A stretch of DNA of 64,000 nucleotides, from contig NC_043003.1 in NCBI RefSeq assembly GCF_006345805.1, positions 81,096,001-81,160,000 on the forward strand, given 5' to 3'. Positions within the stretch are counted from its first letter, which is position 1, and each line of letters starts with the position of its first letter. The notes under the pieces are model-generated. The model worked only from the letters and a program-made list of their open reading frames with translations. It did not search any database and was not told the DNA's origin. Made by a program: the position numbers and the translations under genes. The stretch is from Octopus sinensis. Its lineage: Eukaryota. This document shows positions 39,093 through 52,910 of this stretch, piece by piece.

Positions 39093-40453
39093 ATCTTATA
39101 TGATTCATCAATATAGTTATGGAACATAAAGACAACATAAATAGAGTTAAAGATACACACTCATATACACAAAATAATATATGACGAATTTCTACATTCT
39201 TTCAGTCAACGAAATTTTATTCACAGGTTATGCATCAATCCACGTTAATGGTAGAAGAAACAAATGGATTTCCAACAAATCCGATTTCTGCCTTACGTGG
39301 ATTGCAGTTTTTATGATGTACAGCAAAACTATATATTTATTTTGGGTCTTGTAATCTAAAGAACGATAAGTAGTAAGAATCCGTACAACTGTAGTTACAA
39401 GTAAATGGGTTTTGTTGTAGTAGTATTGAAGTAAGTGAGATTGTATTAGATAAGTATTTGGGTAAAAATAGATATAAATACAATATGAAATTTTATTTGG
39501 TTGTATAATATTAAAGAGTTTATGGTAATTATTGTGATGGACGTGATTCTTAGGCAAAATTAAAAATTAATAATAATCTACTATGGTTGCAGGGGCTAAA
39601 TTAAAACAGGAATTGTAACACATGAAATGTGTCATTTTCTATTTCTGTTTTCATTCTCGTAGCATTTTCAACGTACCTTATCATTTCCTTGAAACCGTTT
39701 TATTTTTAGAAGCGAAAATCTTTAAATTGCAGTGCTAACATGGACTCGATTTCATCTAATGCTGATTTCTGCCAGCATGCCACGCTCTTATATTGTACAA
39801 TACAAGCTAAATACTATTGGGCTGTGATGACAAAGAGAATGATATATCTATTACAGTACGCTGCAGTAATATCAATAGTATCTGTCTGTAGCATTCTATG
39901 TTGCAACCGGCACAACACATATATCATTCATTCACACCTATACACTCATTCTTCCTACATGCAATACACATTAAAAGAGATAATGCAAGAGGGCGCTTAA
40001 CTTCCTTTCATGATTTCATTAGGATATGTAACATATACACAGTGTCATAGGTCTGTATTGCATGACACGCACCTATGACATCATGCACACAGTACTTATG
40101 AATATGGTTACTGCGTTAAGTTATGGCCATCTTAAAACAGTTGTAGAGATAAGGCTTTATTTAATCCTGTTCTGTACTCTTTTCCCTTCATTCTGTAATC
40201 TGTATTTAGTGTTCCATGTAAATGAAGATACATCTCACGCCAAATTGGTTTCACGCACCTTACTACCTTCACAACAGCTGAATGAGGATTTTTCTTATGG
40301 TTAAGTTACGTGGGGAGGCACCGGCTGTGGATGAAGGAGTTGTATTTTAAGATTCCACTCGTTTGTGCACTCCCTGTGTTATCTTATACCAACCTTATTT
40401 CCCTTAATACATATATTAATATTTATATTAATATATACGTTAATACAATATTA

Positions 40454-40497
<44 letters not shown>

Positions 40498-41113
40498 CTG
40501 TGTGTGTTGATTAAATATGTGTGTGTGCGTCAGTGTGTGTTGATTAAATATTTTTGCATCCATCTACATCTGAAAATTAATGAACAATTTTGATCGGCAG
40601 AATTACTGCAGTAGTCATGCGGAAATAACATGTCTGATGTACATGCTATGTTTACAAGCACAATTTCTGTCACGGGGTTTGGACAGAATTATCCAGTCAG
40701 CGTATAGTATAGTGGTTAGTCTACCACTGTACTTAGTAGTGTTTTAATCGTGATATTCAGAGCATAAAAATGCAAAGTTAAGATAAATAGAAGTAGGAAT
40801 TATTAGTTCATACAAGCATTTCACGATTGTAGTTATTGAAAACTTAGCACTGGTATTCTCCGCGTGTATTTGAACTCCTATCACCCATGGATCATGACTA
40901 TTCGCAATGCATCAGTTAACATTCGGCATCCAAATGCACTTGGAACGTTCAGTGTAGAGTTCCAAGTTGCTACAATGGTGAAACCTGCATATAATTATCT
41001 TAATTCCCAACTCTGTGTTATATATATATATATATATATAATATATATATATATATATTCATGCATAAGTGTAATATATATATGCACATAAACATATTAT
41101 TTTATGTAATTTT

Positions 41114-41455
41114 ATGTGGCACCTTGGCCAAGTGTCTTCTACTATAGCCGACCAAAGCCTTGTGAGTGGATTTGCCAGATGGAAACTGGAAGAAGCACGT
41201 CGTATACATATATGTGTGGTGTGTATGTGTGTGTGCAATTTTGCCTCTGTGTTTGTCCCCCACCATTGCTTGACAACCGATTTTGATGTGTTTACGTTCC
41301 CGTAAGTTAGCGGTTCGGTAAAATAAAGACCGAGAGATTATGTACTAGGCTTACAAAGAATAAGTTCTGGGGTCAATTCGTTCGACTTGAGGCGGTGCTC
41401 CAGCATGGCCGCAGTCAAATGATTGAAACAATTAAAAGAAAAGAATAAAAGAATA
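41114..41455 (+). mobile_element. SINE family A, 5'-truncated
   Basis: GTGGCACCTTGGCCAAGTGTCTTCTACTATAGCCGACCAAAGCCTTGTGAGTGG...GCATGGCCGCAGTCAAATGATTGAAAC. Confidence 0.9.
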
Positions 41456-42097
41456 TATATCTACATACGTATATATTGTACAAAAGCATGCTAAGAACGA
41501 GCGTCGACGTAGTGTCTTCACATGCTTGTTACACCATACAAATTACTCCAATTCGCTATATGACGAGACAGATTAGAGAACGTGGTCCCGTGTGTTCTAA
41601 CCCATTAATCTTTGGTTTGTTCGCTCAGCGCTGACCTGAAGCAAAACGGCAACAACACGCAAAATTATAAAATCAACATATCTAATGCATATATTATTAA
41701 TTTCACTAATTTATAAATCAAATTCTCTTTCATATCATTTATGATGATATCTATGAAAATATTATCATTCGCTACTTTCCATTTAGGTAGCTTACAAATC
41801 TCTTTTTTTTTTCTTTTTCGTTACTAGTTTCAGTTATTGGACTACGACAGTACGAGGACATCACTTTCAAATGTTTTTGTTTCAATCATAGACACAACTG
41901 CTCTTTTTCAATCTATTAATTCTCTCATTGATCTCTATGCAAGCAAACGTTAACTTCTCTTTTTAACGTGTCCTTTTACGTGTCATTAACATTCATACAA
42001 GCAAATACACTGGAAGCGGAATATTGTCATCACTCTCGGCCGATGTCTTTTCCACAACAAAGACCGGCTGTTAACATTGATCCAATGAGTTGGGACC

Positions 42098-42625
42098 CAT
42101 CATCATCATCATCATTGTTCGACCGTGGTCGAGACAATGGAATTTACCATGCTACGCCAGACTTCACGGTCCATCATGGCATTACGGAGGTCCTGTTGCC
42201 GGATGCCTGTATCCCTGGAGATTACATCAGGATAGGAGAGTGTGCTCCCTCTGGTATTGCGAGTAGATGGCTTCCAGAGGAGAAGAGTAGAAATTACCTC
42301 TTTTTCAGCTCTACAACAATGTCCAGCAAACTGGACTCTCTTACCTTTCACAAGAGATTACACAGGTGGTAGTTTCCCATATATTTGCATTTTGGTTGGA
42401 TGGCGCTTCCACAAGAGATTTTGAGCTCTCATAAGGAGGCGAGTGTAGGTTCCATCCAACCGCCTCTCAAGCTTCTTTGATAACGTCCAGGTTTCTGAGC
42501 CATATAGTAGAATTGGTTCGACTGTGGCTTTGAAGATTTCAAGTTTGAAGTCTCTACTTAGATTTGATGACCAGATATTATGCATGTCATTACAAGCTGA
42601 ACAGGCCATACACTTTCTAGTTATG
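42098..42625 (-). mobile_element. RTE-like LINE 3' fragment (post-RT region) with a (TGA)n tail
   Basis: KLEIFKATVEPILLYGSETWTL...RVQFAGHC...DREVWR; one in-frame stop; (CAT)n on the plus strand at 42098-42114. Confidence 0.85.
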
Positions 42626-42689
42626 ATATGAGCTTTTACGGGTGTTGCCCTTCATTATATGCTGTTATCATTATATGATAAGATAAGTA

Positions 42690-42858
42690 GGCGCAGGCGT
42701 GGCTGTGTGGTAAGAAGCTTGCTTCCCAACCACATGGTTCCGGTTTCAGTCCATCAGTGTGACACCTTCGGTAAATGTCCTCTGCTATAGCTCCAGTTTG
42801 ACCTGTACCATATGAGGGGATTTGGTAGACGGATACTTAAAGAAGCCCGTCGTATATA
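42690..42858 (+). mobile_element. SINE family A, 5' half
   Basis: GGCGCAGGCGTGGCTGTGTGGTAAGAAGCTTGCTTCCCAACCACATGGTTCCGG...GATTTGGTAGACGGA...AGAAGCCCGTCGTATA. Confidence 0.85.
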
Positions 42859-43727
42859 CCAGGTCATTCCATAAGTTCTGTCCGAATTTTGAATAAAGAA
42901 AATATTATGTCGCACGTTCGGATGCCTCTACTACTTAACTCAACTCCACTCTACTCTGACCTCGACGTCTAGGCTTCTCCCTCTATATCTAAGTTTTGGG
43001 CTATCCTACTTCATCGTCTGGGGGCGTCCTCACAATAGAAAACAAGTGATCAAATGTTATATTGAATTGAAATTTAATCATCAATGTACTTTCCCTTATT
43101 TTCTATGATTTCCTTCCATCTACCATATGTTTCGTAGTTTACAGAATCATTTAGGGGACATAACTTTCGCAAGCAAGGAGGAGTTCAAAACTGACATTTC
43201 AGAGTTCTTCGCTTTGAAACCAAAGGGGTCTCATACAGTAGTGTCGAACCCGGATCTGAGCGGTAACTAAACGAAATACTTAAAGCAATGTCGGTAATTA
43301 TGCGCTGATATACATTATATAACAATATATTTTATGATCTGTCTCCTTGGTTGGGGTGTAAATGTAACAACTTCTCCGTGTGCTTGAAAGCAAACTCGAG
43401 GTGCAAAACGAAACTGTCTCATAAATTTATTGCGATGAAAAGCTCCAATCCAATGCCATTAAATCAAGAAATATTAAATAAAACAGGACATATTTAGATT
43501 GAGTCATTTACCAACAACAACTTCGGATGATTAAAAGACAGCTTAAATAATCAAATTCATACAAATGCAGTTGTTGCACAAAATTTCTTTACTATGTGCA
43601 TGAAATGAAATTACATACGGAATAGTCATTGTTAAAATAATATTGTTAAAATTATAAAGAATACAAGATATTTTGTCATTCGAAGTAAAACTGGAAACAA
43701 AAAAATTAAAAATAAAATAACAACTAC

Positions 43728-43759
<32 letters not shown>

Positions 43760-43767
43760 TAATAATG

Positions 43768-43806
<39 letters not shown>

Positions 43807-43822
43807 TAATAATAATAATAAT
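43728..43822. repeat. (AAT)n microsatellite
   Basis: Direct tandem units. Confidence 0.95.
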
Positions 43823-44800
43823 AGTAAATAGATATAATGAAATAAAAGGAATATATAAATATTGAAATTGATTATTCAGAACAGAAATGTTAATGTTTGA
43901 TTATAATTGCAATGCTTTTTTTATAATTGTACTATTTGTCAGCAATGTAATAACATTTGTAAACAAATGCAGCATCTTTTTTTTTTTACTTTTGCAGCAT
44001 GCAATTTACTCACATTCATCAATTGCATATATATGTGTGTGTGTCTGTATGTGTGTGTTCTCATATTCATAATGTATTGCTACTATTTAGAATGTATATC
44101 ATCTTGCTAAAAGCCATTTATTTTTGTGTAGGGGGGTGGAGGGCGGAAGGAAAAATTGCTTATATCAATGCTATATTTAACTGTTACATGTTTTAGCGAA
44201 TATCGGGTAGATTGAAAATCGACATCGACCACGGCAGAATTCTGAATCCAAACCGAGGAGTGGTAAAACAAAAAATATATTTCTGAATAGTAATTTTTCT
44301 GCCGTTCCACTGCCTCTGCCAACAAACCAGCCCTTTTGACTGAGACTTCTGAAAGTAAACAGATAAGCCTATTTCAATCGAGCCACATTAGCAATAGGAA
44401 AACATTAAAAGCTACAGTTCCCACAATCAAAAAAAAAAAAATTCAAGAATGAAATTAAAAAATTGTGCCTGAACTGATAAACTAAGTCGCTGAAAAGAAA
44501 ACCTGAAAGAACGAAATGAAACAAATGGAAATGCATACGTGTATCTATAAATAATTAAATAACTATTTGTGTTTACAAACATGTGGCAAAGTGTTGTGTA
44601 GAAGAGTATTAAGCAAAGACAGCACAGGTCTAATATTTATATTGAATTTTATATGTTGAAAATCTACTTTTCCGATTCTACAGTGTGTTACCTAGTATAG
44701 AGTGTGGCATGATTGTGTGGTTGTACGAATTATTTAATGTAGATTTTAATACGTTTAATCATCACTATATTATCTTTGTTACGAGATCCACTCTTGTTTT

Positions 44801-45005
44801 AAGGGTGGTGGAATGGCAGAATCATCCTGAAGGAATTGGACAACTAGTTTACGGATTTATTTTTCTAGCTTTCAAGTGGTGAGTTCTTATCCCGTCCAAA
44901 TCATCTTTTCGGGTTGAATATAATAAAGAACTGTTTAAATACTAGGTGGAAATAATCGATTTACCGCCCGCCCGAACAAAAATCTGCATTTTGCCGATAT
45001 TATAA
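44801..45005 (+). mobile_element. SINE family C-like, strongly degraded
   Basis: AAGGGTGGTGGAATGGCAGAATCAT head-like; ATCTTTTCGGGTTGAATA and AATCGATTTACC body-like. Confidence 0.4.
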
Positions 45006-45667
45006 ACGATTACTCCATTCAGATTTTGTGCTAATGTCTTAAGTACGTTGATAAATATCACGATTCCCACAGCTATATATATAATTCCATGATGGTAGTC
45101 TTCCAGCAACCTACACTGCTCTTACGAATTTACTATACCATGAAAAAGAAAACGATGCGTGATAGGAAAACGTTAGTGAACAACACATCTATATGAAATT
45201 GCACACAAAAACTACAATAACGATGAAAGCAATATTCATAACAGAAGACAATGATAAAATAAACATGCCGTCAATAAACACTACTTACAATGGGAAGTAA
45301 ACCCCAAAACTAATGAAATGAAACTAACGTAAAGACAGACGAAAAAGTTAAAATATTTCAATGCCCTCAAAAGTAATATAAAACATTGTATTTTTTCAAT
45401 TTCCCGTGGATTATTCTTTTTCAGTTAACTAAATGGAGGAGAGGCACACAATATTGAAATAGGAATTTAGAAACGTACTTGCAGTAACCTAATGTTTCTG
45501 GGCGTTTATTAAATCTGTTAACTTGAATTTACTTTATTATCACCAGTGAAGAATAACTCCTTCGTCTAAAGCATGTCTGGTATCATCTGAATATTCAAAT
45601 TCATGACATCTAAAAGATGATCAAAGAATAATTTATCTGAATCCTAGTAATCATATAAAAATTGCAA

Positions 45668-45843
45668 CAAACTTTTGGCACAATACCAGCCATTTGGAAG
45701 AACGGATTTAGTCGATTTCATCGGTCTCATTGATGGAGTGGTATTTATTTTATCTGCCTCGTAAGAAAGGAATTGAACTTAGAATGTGAAGACGGGCGAA
45801 ATTCCGCGAAGCATTTTCCCCGACTCTGCCATCTCGTCGCCTT
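45668..45843 (-). mobile_element. SINE family C, degraded with internal deletions
   Basis: TTTTGGCACAA...GATTTAGTCGATTTCATCG...GAACTTAGAATGTGAAGACGGGCGAAAT...CTCTGCCATCTCGTCGCCTT. Confidence 0.6.
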
Positions 45844-46489
45844 AATAATTATGTAGATATTGATTTCAAATTTTGGCACAAGGCTAGCAATTTTTGATAA
45901 TCACGTAAATATTAAACACATTTACACCAGCAACAATATTGTAAATTATTGGAAATAAAATTTTAAGTAAGAAGCTAGAAATCTATTCTTGAACATTTCG
46001 CCTGAAAGCAGGACAATTTATCGAAGTCTCTATCGTTGATTCCTTTGACCTACATCTCAGATATTCCTTTTACCTTTGTCTTAATTATATTGAGTTTTGT
46101 TTTTAATACTTTTGGCGGAGAGGCTCTGAAAAATACTTGATTTATTGTTCACATGAAGGCTGTAGATAATGATACACTTCTACTAAAAGATATTCTGCTC
46201 TCTTCGAATATAAAGAGAAAATGTTTTTGAAGAGAGATATGAAAGATCATAGAAATATGTCAAGTGAGATCATAGTCGTCAGCTTACTGATGACAACGTA
46301 TTTCGCCTAACACACACTAAAATATTCACATATATATGCACACGGAATATATCCCAATCGATGCTCCAAGTTCGAGCATCTCACACATATAGCCATGGAA
46401 AATTATTAACAAACATGACAATTTCATTCAATGTTTCATCTCATACACTTTCGTAAAACCGCCATCGCTTCAACTATATATATGTATTA

Positions 46490-46727
46490 TAAATTCATAA
46501 TTCGCACCCAGGGCCAGACCGTCAACCGAAAATTTTACTACAATGTTTTCAAGCGTTTGATGGAAGTCACTCGGCAAAATTGACCACACCAGTGGTGCGT
46601 GAACAGTTGGAATCTTCATCGAACTCTCCTCACTCGTGAGGTTGTCATCAGAAGCAACAAAGTATCGCTTCCGCACCCGCCCTTTTCGCCAGACTTAGCA
46701 CCTGCGGATTCCATCATTTCCCTGAAA
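46490..46727 (+). mobile_element. Mariner (Tc1/mariner) transposase fragment, decayed
   Basis: QGQTVNRKFYYNVFKRL and PHPPFSPDLAPAD at 46671-46709, which corresponds to the mariner YSPDLAP(S/C)D motif; stops and frameshifts present. Confidence 0.85.
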
Positions 46728-46964
46728 TATATATATATATTTTGTATTATTCACTCCTGGAAGAATGCATTAATTATTTTAACCTGGCTGGGTTTGTAGA
46801 CAGTTGAAAAGAATACTTTTGAGAAAAAAATAGAAAAATTAAATGATAGCGTTGTAGTTGCAGGTGGATCCCCTTAGTCTCCTGGCAAACAATATTTTAG
46901 ACCCAGTCCGCCAATGTATATAAATATATATATGTATGTATGTATATATACACACATACACACA

Positions 46965-47054
<90 letters not shown>

Positions 47055-47092
47055 CAAATCTATGTGCTCATACATATATATATAAGTTTTCG

Positions 47093-47121
47093 GATAGATA
47101 GGTAAATAGATAGATAGATAA

Positions 47122-47201
<80 letters not shown>

Positions 47202-47210
47202 TTAGATAGA
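47093..47210. repeat. (GATA)n microsatellite
   Basis: Direct tandem units. Confidence 0.95.
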
Positions 47211-47676
47211 CTCAAAGTATAATTTAGCATAATGGAATCCTTAAGTTGTTCGTTCGAAAATCAAAGGTCCAGTATCACTTTCACACCGTTGCACCATGTA
47301 CTGTAGTCTCGTATCATCACAAGTCTTGTCTAGATGAAATGAAAATGCTCGGTAGCCTGTATGATGGAATGCATCGATAGTGTAAAGATGCAGGTTTGTC
47401 TCATTGTGTCAGACTAGTAGCATCAGAGAATAACGTAGAGAATTAGTACGTCTGATGAATGTTTGGGTACTTACTAATGCTAAGTTTTGTTACTTCACTT
47501 GTTGGAACAATTTAATATTTCCCAGGTAAACAGACGAATATATCTTAAATACATATTATGAAGTTGTCCTTTGGGAGAGTCATGTGTACAGTGTATATGT
47601 TGTGATAAATTTTCCATCGCCTAAGGTAATGATTTCAAATTTTATTTTCAATTCTTTTACTTTATTTATTTATACA

Positions 47677-48074
47677 ATACTAGCAGTATCGCCCGGCGTT
47701 GCCCGGGTTTGTAAGGGAAATAACTATATAAGCATTTTTAGAGAGTTATAGTAAAAACATAGCAAAAAAAAAATGCATTAAAAATGGGAAAAAAAATGAT
47801 GGTAAATTTTTTTTAAATCGTTGACTCATCGTAGACATTTTTAGAGAGTTACTTCCCTTAGCGAAAAAAATGCATTAAAATGGAAAAAATGATGGTAAAT
47901 TATTTTTAAAATCGTAGACTCATCGTAGACGCGCGCTACTACCCAGAAGGGCTCGATATGAATCACGACTATAAGATACCCGGTTTTGGTTAAACTGCAC
48001 CGCAAAATGTGGGAGTAGTTAGGAATCTAAATCGTAGGAGACAGACACACAACTTCACTTTTATATATAAAGAT
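47677..48074 (+). mobile_element. Non-autonomous Helentron-type element (HINE/DINE-1-like)
   Basis: Starts ATACTAGCAGTATCG with hairpin CCCGG-CGTTGC-CCGGG (47692-47707); internal tandem duplication; ends ACAGACACACAACTTCACTTTTATATATAAAGAT. Family assignment is from recalled terminal architecture. Confidence 0.65.
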
Positions 48075-48457
48075 AGCACATTTTTACTGGGGAAACGTTA
48101 TCCTCCAGTAATTGTTACATGTGGAATAAACCTGGGAACGGAGGATGGGAAAGTCGAAAATGTATCTGATCCTGATCACGATCATATAAAAACCTAAAAT
48201 ATTAGCAAAAGCAAGGAGACACATTAATCTCGATTGGGAGGGAGTCATGGCCGTAATAACACATAAATAAATAAATACGGACGAAACGCGGCTGAGCAAT
48301 TTGCCCGACACGGAAACCATGACAACCATTCCACCGTCTTACAGCATTCTTTAATAGTAAATATGACTCTGCACAGAAAATAACCTGTTATTCTTCCATA
48401 AATACATACACCCTCTGTTCGCTCTCTCTTCCTTACTTTCTCTGTGTGTGTGTGTGC

Positions 48458-48531
<74 letters not shown>

Positions 48532-50863
48532 GTGTTTATGTGTACGCCTGTTGTAGGATACATATAACAAATACGCACACATACATACACACTCACACAC
48601 GTTTGCACACACATATATATGACGGTGCTCTAAACGTTTTGATCTTGACTATAAAATAAAAATACTAAAATAATAGTGGTGTACTTTACTTGCCATCATA
48701 TCATTAACTTTGGAACGACCCTTATGTATGAATAGGTGAATAGGATTTCTGCATGTGTGTCAGAGTACATTTGTAAATTTATTGTATGTATCTGCTACAT
48801 GTGCTTGTGTGTATATGCAAGTCTGTATTCCTTCTATGTGCAAGTGTGTAAGCCCTCTGTGCGCATGTGGCTATGTAGTTACCTAATTATTTGGATGTCA
48901 ATGTTAGTTTGTGTGTAGCATTTTGTTTATGATGTTTAGTGTACGAGGGAAAATGAAAGAGATTACATTATCTATAGACTTAAACACACAAAGATAGAAG
49001 AAGAAAAAAAAACATTTTCTTCTGCCAGTAACAACTTAATACATTCATTGCATTGTTCGATAAAGCGACTGAAATGTTACTTATAAGAAAACAAATTCTA
49101 ATTGCATTTTATAGAATTCTTCCCATATTCAAATTGCCGAACATAAATTGTTATTATTCATTTGTGAGCTTATGTGAATGCTTGCATGCATGTTTGTATA
49201 TATGTGTAGGCATGAGCGCATGCATGTTTTTTTTTATAGTTTGTTTGTATGTGTTTTCTTCTGTGTATGTGCATTTGTGTTTGAGTGTTTGAGTTTTGCT
49301 TTAGCATTTTCTAATTCCTATGTTCTTTTTTTTTTATTTATGATTCAACTGCATTTATTCAGTATTGCATAACACAGTGTTTTTATGCTCATCTTTATCT
49401 TAGAAATGATGTGAACAGAAGAAATTCATCTTAAACTATACTCATCCTTTGACAAACAAACAAACGCAAACAATGGTTGCTTTCAGGCGATGACATTTCT
49501 AGAATTTATCTAAATTCTTTAAAAATTTATTTGAATTTACTTCAATTTAATCTTCCTAATACATGTTATTTTTTTGTTTTCGTAAATAGAAGATATAATT
49601 TAGCATAAAGGCAAATTTGAAATATGTAAAAACAAAATTCCTGCTACAGTAAATCCATCATCTAAGTTTGCACAATGGCTTATATTTCGTATTTGCTCCT
49701 ACTTATAGATATACCAATTTTCTATTTCTAACATATCTAAATATATCCAAGCCTCATATTTGAAGTTATACATGAAACAATCAAAATTAAAATATTTTTC
49801 CCTGATGTAAATAATTTCTGAAAAATATTTTCTGACAAGTATTTTCGGTGTATACAATAGGGCGGAAATAATAAGACAGAAATAACACAAGGACATACTG
49901 TCCTTAAATTCATCCTAGTTTTTAAAATAATAACTGAACTGCAATGAAACGCATAACCCCGAAATAGCCTTCCTCTTTTGACATAAAGATAACTCTTCGT
50001 GAGGAATCATAAAATGTGTTTCGAATGACTAGCAATAATTTTCCCGATATTAACTCCGATTTCATTCTATTCTCTCTTTCTTTCACTCACTCTCTGCCTT
50101 CGAACCTCTCTGCCCTGGTCTTTATTGCTGCACACACCCACACACGCGATTGCTCTGTGTACAGTTATATATTAAAAATAAAGATTAAATGAAAGAGCAC
50201 CCGATATATTTAAGTAATGCATGACATTTATTTTTACACGAAATCCATGTCTTCGAAGTATCGCCACACACCGGCTTCGTCAGTGTGCGGAGAAGACAAT
50301 GGCAGAGGAAAGTCACTGTCAAAAGTTTCTTTGCATATACATGTGTGTTTGTGTGTGTATTTGTGCGCTTTTCCTTTTGCTGTTTATCACTTTCATATAA
50401 GGAAAATATTAATTTTATCAATTTTATACAATTGTCTTCTTAGATAGACTTTAAGAGGAAACAATATGCTTAATCTATTTCAAGCAATAATCTATTAAAA
50501 ACACATACATGCTTCGGTCCTGTATTTGTTATCAATGTAGCTGGTAACAATAGCAATATTACTTTTAAAATTATGTTAAGATGATTCAGACAGGAAGAAT
50601 AAATTAAGTATATTCATTTCAAACCCAAACTGTTTTCTTTCAGTACTATAAATGACATTATGTCAAACAAATATTAAAAAAAAAAATATTTAAATACATG
50701 TTCGAAGTTATAAAATGTTGTTTGAATGTATTCATATCTCACCAACATATTTGTTCTTTATAACAACTACAAATAACATTATTATTTTATGAAGTGTTAC
50801 AAATAAATTCAGAAATATTAAATTTCTAAATATCTCATAGAGATATGTACGGTGGTGGGGTTA

Positions 50864-51221
50864 TAGAGTGGTTGTATACTGTCAACTTAACGTGGCAGTC
50901 CTGTAAGGGAATTTCCCCACCGCTGTTTAGCCCTAGGAAGCATCTATGCTTCCTGTCGGCTTTGACACATTTCCTGTGTCCTTTTATATTTACGAAGGGC
51001 AGACAAACACCCCCAACAGCTAGGCAAAGACCCCGAAACATGCGTGTCTCTAGATGCAGGCCTAGCTGTTGGAGGTATTTATCTCCCCTTCGTAAATATA
51101 TAAGGACACAGGAAATGTGTGAAAGCCGACAGGAAGCGTCGATGCTTCCTAGGGCTAAACAGCGGTGGTGAAGTTCCCTTACAGGACTGTCACGTTAAGT
51201 TGACAGTATACAACCACTCTA
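50864..51221. mobile_element. Foldback / long-TIR MITE-like element (162-bp arms, 34-bp spacer, TA at both ends)
   Basis: Left arm 50864-51025 versus the reverse complement of 51060-51221: 151/162 identical, no gaps. Confidence 0.85.
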
Positions 51222-52606
51222 CAAATAAATTGTTATACCTTTAAATGCAAAAAAACAAAAAAGCACCGATGAGGTATAGAGGATCAAAACTGGAATGCAT
51301 GCATAATTGGTCAAATATAAATAAAAAGGATCTGCCTTAAAATATAACTTTTTAACCCAATAAAAGGAACAAAAAATCATATAAAATACAAGAAATTGGT
51401 TGTCATTCTATGATACTGGTAAATAATAATAAAACAGAAAGCAACTTACCCCTATGAATGAGGAGAAAAAATAATTCCAGACGACCTAAAGTCAAATTTT
51501 AACCTCACTCTGAGTCAAGGTGTTTACGTGCAACGATGCTCTCGAATATTATGATTACAAAGGAACAGATATTTAGAACGATGATTCAAATTTACTCACA
51601 GAAGTCAAAGAAATAAAAAGGGAAGTATAAGACACACGGGGAGAAAAATATTTTACTTATAATATTATCACGATTAATATGTTTGAAATCTTTCTTACCA
51701 CACGGTGACCGCTTGTATATATGTGTCTGCACAAGTGAGTATGTGTACTTGTATATGTAAATAAATGTGTGTGTGCGCGCGTGCGTATGTGTGTCTCTGT
51801 GTGTGTATGTTGTGTGTGTTCTTGCACACACAAACATACTCAGCTACTCATGCAGACACATGTATATATACATACTCACAAACACATAACTACATACATA
51901 TGTACAAACACACGCACACACACACAAACACACACAAACACACACATACATACACACGCTCGCTCAAGTCAAACGAGTAGAAGAATTTTCGGTTAGAAAA
52001 CAAACTACCACCGCTGAGTGTAATGATTAACCCAAGAATCTTTCAAATGACCACAGACTAACAATCAAGTTGACATATGGCAAAGCGATAAAGGTAAATA
52101 GGAAAGAAACAAGAAAAATTTATAGCTTAATTCTCTGTGATATATTTTATCTGACTTGACAAGCGATCTTCAAAGCCGACGTCAACTTGTTGGAGCAGAC
52201 ACTTGAAGTGACATTTCTCTCAAATAGCAATCTTTTATTATCACCATGTTACTGTAGTATTGGCATGAGAACAAGAAATTCTAACTGTTGCTGCGAAATA
52301 GAAGCAGTTCTCTATCGAATTATATTAGAACAGGATTTTAATACAAGCTGAGTGGGAAGTTACATCGTGAAGACACTATTAAGCATGTTTGCATTCAAGA
52401 ATAGTTCGTGTTTTGTTATAGAGATTATCCTCATATTATAGTTAATTGAATAATCGTAGACATTCGTTTATATAACGTGTACGTTAGCATTCAAAGGTTG
52501 CTGGTTTGGACTAACAACAGTGAGTCAATCATATTTATTAAACAGAATTCACTAGCAAAATGTTAACATATGACGCATAAATGTCGTTACATATGCATGC
52601 ACAATG

Positions 52607-52664
<58 letters not shown>

Positions 52665-52878
52665 TATATATAATGGAACGACTCAAATAGAAGACACACA
52701 CTTAGGCGCGCAAAAATATGCTCGCGCGACAGTACACACATTCAGATATGCTCATATATACACACACACATAGATATATGTGTGTTTGTGTGTGTGTGTG
52801 TGACTGTCTCTGTATTTATATATGTACATACACATACACAAGTGTATGTATATATATATGTGTGTGTGTGTGTGTGCG

Positions 52879-52910
<32 letters not shown>

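Noticed and set aside
42855-42905. TACCAGGTCATTCCATAAGTTCTGTCCG resembling a mariner TIR
   Set aside because: No partner inverted end was found in the window; cannot be supported as an element.
44195-44330. Possible very old minus-strand family C SINE
   Set aside because: Only scattered short matches; too degraded to call.
46270-46310. GAAA...CTGACGA on the minus strand, hammerhead-like words
   Set aside because: Stems I and II cannot be formed without using core nucleotides.
50247-50324. Possible first exon MSSKYRHTPASSVCGEDNGRGKSLSK
   Set aside because: Only a weak donor (AAA|GTTTCT), no homology, no clear promoter.
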